Source: a virus. From it: a stretch of DNA of 64,000 nucleotides. A model generated the notes under the pieces. The model worked only from the letters and a program-made list of their open reading frames with translations, ran no database searches and was not told where the DNA came from. Numbering within the stretch: position 1 is the stretch's first letter; each line of letters begins with the position of its first letter. The position numbers and the translations under genes were made by a program. This document shows positions 1 to 7,929 of the stretch, in pieces. The stretch lies in the IMG/VR virus record IMGVR_UViG_3300020204_004581. One strand, given 5' to 3'.

Positions 1-3000
1 TGATGATCCTGAGCTACCTGATGTTCCTGAGGAACCACTTGTGCCACTAGATCCTGAAGATCCACTTGTGCCGCTAGATCCTGAAGATCCACTTGTGCCG
101 CTAGATCCTGAACTACCATCAGTTCCTGATGAACCCGAAGAGCCTGAGCTACCATCAGTTCCTGATGATCCTGAGCTACCGCTTGTTCCTGATGAACCCG
201 ATGAGCCAGATGTACCTGAGCTACCACTTGTTCCTGATGAACCAGATGTTCCTGAGGTTCCGCTAGAGCCTGATGTTCCAGATGAACCAACACAAACTCC
301 TTGATATGTAATTGAAAAACCTACGAGGTCTGGACCGGAAACTGTTCCAACTATCGCACAAATTTCTTGTGTTGTACCGTTTGCGATAGAAGCACTAACT
401 GATGTTCCTGAACAATCAGTATACGTGTAATTTTGGGAAACTCCAGTTGTATTCGAAATTAAAAAACTACCACATGTTTGTCCACTAGTTCCTGATGTGC
501 CAGATGTTCCTGAGCTACCACTTGAACCACTTGTTCCTGAGCTTCCGCTAGAACCAGATGTTCCTGATGAGCCAGATGTTCCTGAAGAACCTGAGCTACC
601 ACTTGTACCTGAAGAACCTGAGCTACCACTAGTTCCTGAAGAACCAGATGTCCCTGAAGAACCATTTGTTCCTGATGTTCCATCTGTACCATTACTACCG
701 CTTGTTCCTGAAGAACCACTTGTACCTGAGCTTCCTGATGTCCCACTTGAACCGTCTGTACCATTACTACCTGAAGTACCAGAAGTTCCTGAAGATCCGC
801 TTGTACCACTTGATCCTGAAGTACCATCTGTACCGTTGGAGCCTGACGTACCTGAGGATCCACTTGTACCACTTGATCCTGAAGTACCATCTGTACCATT
901 ACTACCACTTGTTCCTGACGTTCCCGATGAACCAGAAGTTCCTGAAGAACCTGATGTTCCATCTGTACCATTACTTCCACTTGTTCCTGATGTACCAGAT
1001 GAGCCAGAAGTTCCGCTCGAACCACTTGTACCATCTGTACCGTTGCTTCCTGAAGTACCAGAAGTTCCTGAAGATCCACTTGTTCCGCTAGATCCTGAAG
1101 TGCCATCTGTACCGTTGCTTCCTGAAGTACCAGAAGTTCCTGAAGATCCACTTGTTCCGCTAGATCCTGAAGTGCCATCTGTACCATTACTTCCTGATGT
1201 ACCAGATGAACCAGAAGTTCCGCTCGAACCACTTGTTCCATCCGTACCATTACTTCCTGAAGTGCCTGATGTACCAGATGAACCAGATGTTCCTGAGGAA
1301 CCACTTGTTCCGTCTGTACCGTTACTACCACTTGTTCCTGATGTGCCAGATGATCCAGAAGTTCCTGAAGAACCTGAGGTACCATCTGTACCATTAGATC
1401 CTGAAGTTCCTGATGTTCCACTTGAACCAGATGTTCCTGAAGAACCACTTGTTCCGTCTGTACCGTTACTTCCACTTGTTCCTGATGTTCCACTCGAGCC
1501 AGATGTTCCTGAAGAACCAGATGTCCCTGAAGAACCATTTGTTCCTGATGTTCCATCTGTACCATTACTACCACTTGTTCCGGAAGATCCACTTGTACCG
1601 CTAGATCCTGAAGTTCCTGAAGAACCTGATGTTCCATCTGTACCATTACTTCCGCTTGTTCCTGATGTACCTGATGAGCCAGAGGTTCCTGAAGAACCTG
1701 ATGTTCCATCTGTACCATTACTTCCGCTTGTTCCTGATGTACCTGATGAGCCAGAGGTTCCTGAAGAACCGCTTGTTCCATCCGTACCATTACTACCACT
1801 TGTTCCTGATGTGCCAGATGATCCTGATGTACCTGAGCTACCATCAGTTCCTGACGAGCCTGAACTACCTGAAGTGCCTGAACTACCTGAAGTACCATCA
1901 GTTCCTGATGTACCTGAGCTACCACTTGTTCCTGATGAGCCAGAAGTTCCTGAGGAACCTGAGCTTCCACTTGTTCCTGATGAACCAGAAGTTCCTGAAG
2001 AACCTGAGCTACCGCTTGTTCCAGATGAACCTGAGCTTCCTGAGGAACCACTTGTTCCACTCGAGCCTGATGTTCCAGAACTTCCAGCATCGGCTACTAA
2101 ATTCCAATCAGCTCCTCCTGCTGGTATTTCGTTTTGATTATCATTTATAGCAATGTATGAGCTTCCACTATAATATACAACATCATTCCTTGAGTAAAAT
2201 GTACCCATGGAGAACTCTCCCTCCCATGCGAAACTTGTTCCTGAAGAACCACTTGTTCCACTAGATCCTGAAGATCCACTCGTACCGCTAGAGCCTGAGC
2301 TACCTGAAGTACCTGAGCTACCATCAGTTCCTGATGAGCCTGATGAGCCTGATGTTCCTGAACTACCATCAGTTCCTGATGTGCCTGAGCTACCATCAGT
2401 TCCTGATGTTCCTGAAGAACCACTTGTCCCACTAGATCCTGATGTACCTGATGAGCCTGAGCTACCATCAGTTCCTGATGAGCCTGATGAGCCTGATGTT
2501 CCTGAACTACCATCAGTTCCTGATGTGCCTGAGCTACCATCAGTTCCTGATGTTCCTGAAGAACCACTTGTTCCACTAGATCCTGATGTACCATTAACAC
2601 CACTTAAACCTGATGTTCCTGATGTACCTGAGCTACCATCAGTTCCTGACGAGCCTGAACTACCTGAAGTACCTGAACTACCTGAAGTACCATCAGTTCC
2701 TGATGTACCTGATGAGCCAGAAGTTCCTGAAGAACCGCTTGTTCCATCCGTACCATTACTACCACTTGTTCCTGATGTGCCAGATGATCCTGATGTGCCT
2801 GAGCTACCATCAGTTCCTGACGAGCCTGAACTACCTGAAGTACCTGAACTACCTGAAGTACCATCAGTTCCTGATGTACCTGATGAGCCAGAAGTTCCTG
2901 AAGAACCGCTTGTTCCATCCGTACCATTACTACCACTTGTTCCTGATGTGCCAGATGATCCTGATGTGCCTGAGCTACCATCAGTTCCTGATGAGCCTGA

Positions 3001-5823
3001 TGAGCCTGATGTTCCTGAACTACCATCAGTTCCTGATGTGCCTGAGCTACCATCAGTTCCTGATGTTCCTGATGATCCACTTGTTCCACTAGATCCTGAT
3101 GTACCTGATGAACCTGATGTTCCTGAGCTACCATCAGTTCCTGATGAGCCTGATGAGCCTGATGTTCCTGAACTACCATCAGTTCCTGATGTGCCTGAAC
3201 TACCATCAGTTCCTGATGTTCCTGAAGAACCACTTGTTCCACTAGATCCTGAAGATCCACTCGTACCGCTAGAGCCTGAGCTACCTGAAGTGCCTGAGCT
3301 ACCATCAGTTCCTGATGAGCCTGATGAGCCTGATGTTCCTGAACTACCATCAGTTCCTGATGTGCCTGAGCTACCATCAGTTCCTGATGTGCCTGAAGAA
3401 CCACTTGTTCCACTAGATCCTGAAGATCCACTCGTACCGCTAGAGCCTGAGCTACCTGAAGTGCCTGAGCTACCATCAGTTCCTGAAGTACCTGAGCTAC
3501 CATCAGTTCCTGATGTACCTGAGCTACCTGAAGTACCTGAGCTACCATCAGTTCCTGATGTTCCTGAAGAACCACTTGTTCCACTAGATCCTGATGTACC
3601 TGATGAACCTGATGTTCCTGAGCTACCATCAGTTCCTGATGAGCCTGATGAGCCTGAACTACCATCAGTTCCTGATGTGCCTGAGCTACCATCAGTTCCT
3701 GATGTTCCTGAAGAACCACTTGTTCCACTAGATCCTGAAGATCCACTTGTGCCGCTAGATCCTGAACTACCATCAGTTCCTGATGAACCCGAAGAGCCTG
3801 AGCTACCATCAGTTCCTGATGAACCCGAAGAGCCTGAGCTACCATCAGTTCCTGATGATCCTGAGCTACCATCAGTTCCTGATGTTCCTGAAGAACCACT
3901 TGTTCCACTAGATCCTGAAGATCCACTTGTGCCGCTAGATCCTGAACTACCATCAGTTCCTGATGAACCCGAAGAGCCTGAGCTACCATCAGTTCCTGAT
4001 GAACCCGAAGAGCCTGAGCTACCATCAGTTCCTGATGATCCTGAGCTACCTGAAGTACCTGAGCTACCATCAGTTCCTGATGTTCCTGAGCTACCATCAG
4101 TTCCTGATGAGCCTGATGAGCCTGATGTTCCTGAACTACCTGAAGTACCAGAAGAACCATTTTGATTTACTATGTTAATAGTACCAATCATACCCGCATG
4201 ATTAGCACATTGATATACTATACTGCTTGGAGCATCCGCTGGAACTCTATAAATTATTAAAACACTAGTGTTAGCTTTTCCATTTACAGGATCGTTGTTG
4301 GTTGTACCCGGCACAGCTGATGTATCACCTGATGATAATCTTAAAGCAAACGGATGACTTGTTGAAACAGCACTTACATTAAAGTAATACAACTGTCCCC
4401 TTACTATAGTAAGAGTCGGAAAGTTACCAGCATATCCACTAATAGTATAATTTGAACCTGCACTAGTTACTGTAAATAATTGACCGCCTTCAATACCACT
4501 TGTTCCACTAGATCCTGAAGATCCACTCGTACCGCTAGAGCCTGAGCTACCTGAGCTACCTGAGCTACCTGAGCTACCTGAGCTACCATCAGTTCCTGAT
4601 GAGCCTGAGCTACCATCAGTTCCTGATGTTCCTGAAGAACCACTTGTTCCACTAGATCCTGATGTACCTGATGAACCTGATGTTCCTGAACTACCATCAG
4701 TTCCTGATGAACCCGAAGAGCCTGAGCTACCATCAGTTCCTGATGAACCCGAAGAGCCTGAGCTACCATCAGTTCCTGATGTTCCTGAAGAACCACTTGT
4801 TCCACTAGATCCTGATGTACCTGATGAACCTGATGTTCCTGAACTACCATCAGTTCCTGATGAACCCGAAGAGCCTGAGCTACCATCAGTTCCTGATGAA
4901 CCCGAAGAGCCTGAGCTACCATCAGTTCCTGATGTTCCTGAAGAACCACTTGTTCCACTAGATCCTGATGTACCTGATGAACCTGATGTTCCTGAACTAC
5001 CATCAGTTCCTGATGAACCCGAAGAGCCTGAAGTACCATTAACCCCACTTATACCTGAAGTTCCACTTGTTCCTGATGAACCTGAGCTACCACTTGTTCC
5101 TGAATTGATCCCTGTCACCTGTACGGAGGTTCCATCACTATTATTCAAAGTAAGTGTAGATGTCCCACTATTGTAAGTTCCTCCGGTTACTGTGCCTGTA
5201 AACCCTGTAATTGAAACTGATGTTCCATCATTATCTGATAAAACTAAAGTTGTAGTCGCAGAAAAATATGTACCACCTGTAATTACGGTGTCGTTCATAT
5301 TTGCAATTCTCCAACGTGCATTTGCTCTAGTAACCCCACCAACACCTTCAATTGTAGATCCTGTCCATACATTTACGAAATTTTGACCTGCAACTGTATT
5401 TGTATAACACTGATATCCCGTTTCTGAGTCTCCAACCAATGAACCCGAAGCTTCCGCAGCATCCCACAATGCGGCGTAGTTGTCTATCTCATATTGATAC
5501 GTCGTCTCAGCAGAGATGACGTATACCATCATACCTAAACGTCTTCTACCACAAGAAATCTCGTCGGTTTCTATGGTCACTGCGTTTGGTGAAGAAAGCG
5601 GTGTTCCATATGTGAAATTAATTGGTATTGTATTTCCTGAATACAAAATTGTACCTGAACTACCATCAGGAATCGTAAATTCGAGGTCCTGATGAGAAAA
5701 AACTTCCATGTAGCCTCCAATGGAGTACACGCTGAAGTTGGTACCTGTATTGTTATCTAACGTGACGGTATCTGCGCCTTGTAAGATAACTGCTGAAGTG
5801 GGATTTCGATACTCAAAGCTCAT
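1..5823 (-). CDS. Giant Gly-X-Y (GSS/GTS/GTD/GSN) repeat fibre-like protein with embedded cupredoxin, CBM5/12-like and 4-Cys domains; >1941 aa, C-terminus beyond the left edge
   Basis: Not in the ORF track because it has no stop in the window. ATG at 5823 (AATAAAAATG) gives MSFEYRNPTSAVILQGADTVT... I translated the three domain insertions (286-480, 2083-2235, 4165-4490) by hand and found no in-frame stop. The Gly-every-third register is still in this frame at position 1. Confidence 0.9.
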   Translation of the reverse strand, partial: MSFEYRNPTSAVILQGADTVTLDNNTGTNFSVYSIGGYMEVFSHQDLEFTIPDGSSGTILYSGNTIPINFTYGTPLSSPNAVTIETDEISCGRRRLGMMVYVISAETTYQYEIDNYAALWDAAEASGSLVGDSETGYQCYTNTVAGQNFVNVWTGSTIEGVGGVTRANARWRIANMNDTVITGGTYFSATTTLVLSDNDGTSVSITGFTGTVTGGTYNSGTSTLTLNNSDGTSVQVTGINSGTSGSSGSSGTSGTSGISGVNGTSGSSGSSGTDGSSGTSGSSGTSGSSGTSGSSGTSGTDGSSGSSGSSGTDGSSGSSGSSGTDGSSGTSGSSGTSGSSGTSGSSGTSGTDGSSGSSGSSGTDGSSGSSGSSGTDGSSGTSGSSGTSGSSGTSGSSGTSGTDGSSGSSGTDGSSGSSGSSGSSGSSGSSGTSGSSGSSGTSGIEGGQLFTVTSAGSNYTISGYAGNFPTLTIVRGQLYYFNVSAVSTSHPFALRLSSGDTSAVPGTTNNDPVNGKANTSVLIIYRVPADAPSSIVYQCANHAGMIGTINIVNQNGSSGTSGSSGTSGSSGSSGTDGSSGTSGTDGSSGTSGSSGSSGTDGSSGSSGSSGTDGSSGSSGSSGTDGSSGSSGTSGSSGSSGTSGSSGTSGTDGSSGSSGTDGSSGSSGSSGTDGSSGSSGSSGTDGSSGSSGTSGSSGSSGTSGSSGTSGTDGSSGTSGTDGSSGSSGSSGTDGSSGTSGSSGTSGSSGTSGSSGTSGTDGSSGTSGSSGTSGTDGSSGTSGTDGSSGTSGSSGSSGTSGSSGSSGTSGSSGTSGTDGSSGTSGTDGSSGTSGSSGSSGTDGSSGTSGSSGSSGTSGSSGSSGTSGSSGTSGTDGSSGTSGTDGSSGTSGSSGSSGTDGSSGTSGSSGTSGSSGTSGSSGTSGTDGSSGTSGTDGSSGTSGSSGSSGTDGSSGTSGSSGTSGTSGSNGTDGTSGSSGTSGSSGTSGTDGTSGSSGTSGSSGSSGTDGSSGTSGSSGTSGTSGSNGTDGTSGSSGTSGSSGTSGTDGTSGSSGTSGSSGSSGTDGSSGTSGTSGLSGVNGTSGSSGTSGSSGTSGTDGSSGTSGTDGSSGTSGSSGSSGTDGSSGSSGTSGSSGTSGSSGTSGTDGSSGTSGTDGSSGTSGSSGSSGTDGSSGTSGSSGSSGTSGSSGSSGTSGSSGTSFAWEGEFSMGTFYSRNDVVYYSGSSYIAINDNQNEIPAGGADWNLVADAGSSGTSGSSGTSGSSGSSGSSGTSGSSGSSGTSGSSGTSGSSGSSGTSGSSGTSGSSGTSGTDGTSGSSGTSGSSGSSGTDGSSGTSGSSGTSGTSGSNGTDGTSGSSGTSGSSGTSGTSGSNGTDGTSGSSGTSGSSGTSGTSGSNGTDGTSGSSGTSGSSGTSGSSGTSGSNGTDGTSGTNGSSGTSGSSGTSGSSGTSGTSGSNGTDGTSGSSGTSGSSGTSGTSGSNGTDGTSGSSGTSGSSGTSGTSGSNGTDGTSGSSGTSGSSGTSGTSGSNGTDGTSGSSGTSGSSGTSGSNGTDGTSGSSGTSGSSGTSGTSGSNGTDGTSGSSGTSGSSGTSGTSGSNGTDGTSGSSGTSGSSGTSGTSGSNGTDGTSGSSGTSGSSGTSGTSGSNGTDGTSGSSGTSGSSGTSGSNGTDGTSGSSGTSGSSGTSGTSGSNGTDGSSGTSGSSGTSGSSGTSGSNGTDGTSGTNGSSGTSGSSGTSGSSGSSGTSGSSGSSGTSGSSGTSGSSGSSGTSGSSGSSGTSGTSGTSGQTCGSFLISNTTGVSQNYTYTDCSGTSVSASIANGTTQEICAIVGTVSGPDLVGFSITYQGVCVGSSGTSGSSGTSGTSGSSGTSGSSGTSGSSGSSGTSGSSGSSGTDGSSGSSGSSGTDGSSGSSGTSGSSGSSGTSGSSGSSGTSGSSGTSGSSGSS
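2083..2235 (-). other. CBM5/12 (ChtBD3)-like carbohydrate-binding domain within the repeat protein
   Basis: FAWEGEFSMGTFYSRNDVVYYSGSSYIAINDNQNEIPAGGADWNLVA fits the W..Y..D-V-V-x-Y-x-G-x-x-Y-x-A...P...W pattern. Confidence 0.65.
4165..4490 (-). other. Cupredoxin (type-1 blue copper)-like domain within the repeat protein
   Basis: QLFTVTSAGSNYTISGYAGNFPTLTIVRGQLYYFNVSAVSTSHPFALRLSSGDTSAVPGTTNNDPVNGKANTSVLIIYRVPADAPSSIVYQCANHAGMIGTINIV. It has an upstream His (HPF) and a C-x2-H-x2-M loop. Confidence 0.75.
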
Positions 5824-5841
5824 TTTTATTTATTTTTTGTG

Positions 5842-7461
5842 TTATATTAATGTATTACCTTTAAAGTAAATATCGTTAGTTGCGCCATTAAATCTAAATG
5901 TTGCATTTGTATATGTTGTGTATACTCTATACACACCCACAGGGATTGTTGAACCTGTATTTGTTACAGTTAGATTATAGATGGCTGCGGTCATATTGGC
6001 TGTTGTTAGTGTGTTAGGATCTGACGCATTGTTGAATCCAATCTGCGAGATTCTTTGGCCGTTTGTTGATCCTGTTGGAATAATGAACGTATACCAAGCA
6101 TTTCCAGGTACTGTAGCCGCAGAGACTTGGATTGTTTTAAATAAGTAAGCATTGATAACGTTCCCATAATCGTCTGTTCCGCCTCCAGTTGGTTGAGAGT
6201 ATGCTGTTTGTATGCTAGGAAAACTTCCACCCCAACCTGAGAATGATATGTAGTTATTCATTTGTGTATTAAAGGTTGCTTGAACTGTAGAAAGAGCAAG
6301 ACCGTTCGCGAAACCACGGAATAAACCAGGTGATGATTGAGATAACATCCATGAATTTATTTCTACGTTACCACTTACTGGTTCAATGAATAGGTAGTTG
6401 GGTAAAGCAGCATTAGTTGGTGTTGGAGTATTAGTTGGTGTTGGAGATTCTGTATTGGTAGGTGTTTGTGTTGTTGTTGGAGTATTAGTTTGAGTTGGAG
6501 TATTAGTTGGTGTTTCGGTATTGGAAGGTGTTGGAGTATTAGTTGGTGTTTCGGTATTGGTAGGTGTTTGTGTTGTTGTTGGAGTATTAGTTAGAGTTGG
6601 GGTTGGAGTTGGTGTTTCGGTATTGCTAGGTGTTGGAGTATTAGTTGGTGTTTCGGTATTGGTAGGTGTTTGTGTTGGTGTTTCGGTATTGCTAGGTGTT
6701 GGAGTATTAGTTGGTGTTTCGGTATTGGTAGGTGTTTGTGTTGGTGTTTCTGTATTGCTAGGTGTTGGAGTATTAGTTGGTGTTTCAGATGGTGTCTGAG
6801 TTGGCGTTGTTGTGGTAGTTGGTGTCTGAGTCGGTGTTTCAGTTGGCGTAGCGGTTAAGGTTGTTGTTGGAGATGGAGTTTGTGTAGAGGTAGCTGCTGG
6901 AGTTCCTGTTGGGGTGTTACTCGGTGTTACCGATGGTGTTTCAGTGGGTGTCTGAGTCGTTGTTTGTGTTGGTGTATTTGTTGGCGTCTCACTCGGTGTT
7001 GCGGAAAGTGTGGTTGTTGGAGTAGGTGTTGTAGTCGGTGTTTGAGTAGTGGTAGCGCTTGGTGTATTTGTTGGTGTCTCACTTGGTGTTGTAGTCGGTG
7101 ATGGTGAGGGTGTCGGAGTTTCAGTCGTACTTGGTGTTGGTGTTGGGCTAGTACCAACTGTAGCAGTTGGAGATGGAGTTAAAGTGGGTGTCGGAGTTGG
7201 TGTAGGTGTGGGTGTTACACATTCGAAAGTAATAATAACACCGTTGAACATATCTGTTCTCGTCTGAGCTGAGTAAGCTAAAGTTGCTCCTGTGAGACCT
7301 ATGGGAAAAGAAGAATAATATACATCAAATGGACCTAAAGCATTAGAACTCGAAGCAAGTCGTACTATGTAACTTGTACAACCTGTTACCGTAACTTGTT
7401 GTTCTATGGAATTATCACAGTCTGGGGCATTATTGACAACGAATATCGAGTAAAGACTCAT
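5842..7461 (-). CDS. Putative virion protein with a long Thr/Pro (mucin-like) linker between a small Cys-containing N-domain and a beta-rich C-domain
   Basis: About 270 aa of TPTPTNT-type repeats. A TATTTAT motif lies upstream. Confidence 0.8.
   Translation of the reverse strand: MSLYSIFVVNNAPDCDNSIEQQVTVTGCTSYIVRLASSSNALGPFDVYYSSFPIGLTGATLAYSAQTRTDMFNGVIITFECVTPTPTPTPTPTLTPSPTATVGTSPTPTPSTTETPTPSPSPTTTPSETPTNTPSATTTQTPTTTPTPTTTLSATPSETPTNTPTQTTTQTPTETPSVTPSNTPTGTPAATSTQTPSPTTTLTATPTETPTQTPTTTTTPTQTPSETPTNTPTPSNTETPTQTPTNTETPTNTPTPSNTETPTQTPTNTETPTNTPTPSNTETPTPTPTLTNTPTTTQTPTNTETPTNTPTPSNTETPTNTPTQTNTPTTTQTPTNTESPTPTNTPTPTNAALPNYLFIEPVSGNVEINSWMLSQSSPGLFRGFANGLALSTVQATFNTQMNNYISFSGWGGSFPSIQTAYSQPTGGGTDDYGNVINAYLFKTIQVSAATVPGNAWYTFIIPTGSTNGQRISQIGFNNASDPNTLTTANMTAAIYNLTVTNTGSTIPVGVYRVYTTYTNATFRFNGATNDIYFKGNTLI
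6608..6788. repeat. 66-bp tandem repeat (~2.7 copies) encoding [22 protein letters not shown]
   Basis: gttggtgtttc(g/t)gtattgctagg recurs at 6608, 6674 and 6740. Confidence 0.8.
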
Positions 7462-7545
7462 CCAAGATTTTTTTTATAAATACCCTTTTCCACTAATTTA
7501 TCATTGATATTATTACAATTATTTTTGTTAAGCCATCATCACCTT

Positions 7546-7929
7546 TCAACTTGACTCGGATAAACTCAGTGTGGATACACAGGAAGCTTCAACGGTCGAT
7601 AGTCCACCTACCTCACATGATGAAGTGCTTATTGTAATATCGGTGACACAAGAAACTGTATGTATGGTAATTAGAAACGAACATCCAAATCTGCACTCTA
7701 ACAATTGGATTCTCTCACAGCCGTTCGCATCAAGCATTTTGAGAAGTATAGCGGGGGCGGTCGCAAATACTGTTGAGAGTGTCACACCTGTCTCGGGAGG
7801 TATGGGATTACCTGAGGTAATTGTATAAATTAAAGTTTCATAATTACCATAAATGTCTGATACATACACATTTATTGGGTATGTACCTCCAGTAACCGAT
7901 GTGATTTCTACTCTTGTCATGACAAACAC
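7546..7929 (-). CDS. Small Cys-rich hypothetical protein (SprB-like half repeat)
   Basis: Contains TGGTYPINVY and DANGC motifs, similar to the adjacent SprB-repeat protein. Confidence 0.6.
   Translation of the reverse strand: MFVMTRVEITSVTGGTYPINVYVSDIYGNYETLIYTITSGNPIPPETGVTLSTVFATAPAILLKMLDANGCERIQLLECRFGCSFLITIHTVSCVTDITISTSSCEVGGLSTVEASCVSTLSLSESS

Larger units (their letters stand above)
1..5103. repeat. 9-bp-period coding repeat array with nested higher-order duplications (72, 153, 171 and 180 bp)
   Basis: 72-bp period at 1039/1111 and 1621/1693; 171-bp period at 2650/2821; 180-bp period at 3721/3901; 153-bp x3 at 4621/4774/4927. All periods are multiples of 9. Confidence 0.9.

Noticed and set aside
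41-4165. Long plus-strand ORFs rich in PDVPELP (41-304, 497-2137, 2207-4165)
   Set aside because: They are shadow frames of the Gly-Ser/Thr repeat. They stop at or near each non-repetitive insert, while the minus-strand frame reads through recognisable domains.
459-5048. Minus-strand QEHQELMV-type ORFs and plus-strand FLMYL-type ORFs in the track
   Set aside because: Alternative-frame artefacts of the 9-bp periodicity.
1-5103. Possible CRISPR array or DGR template/variable repeat
   Set aside because: There are no unique spacers, the repeats are in-frame coding, no adenine-specific mismatch pattern is evident, and there is no cas or reverse transcriptase gene in the window.
6521-7267. Hydrophobic VGVGV and Cys/Trp-rich plus-strand ORFs
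   Set aside because: Antisense shadows of the Thr/Pro repeat.
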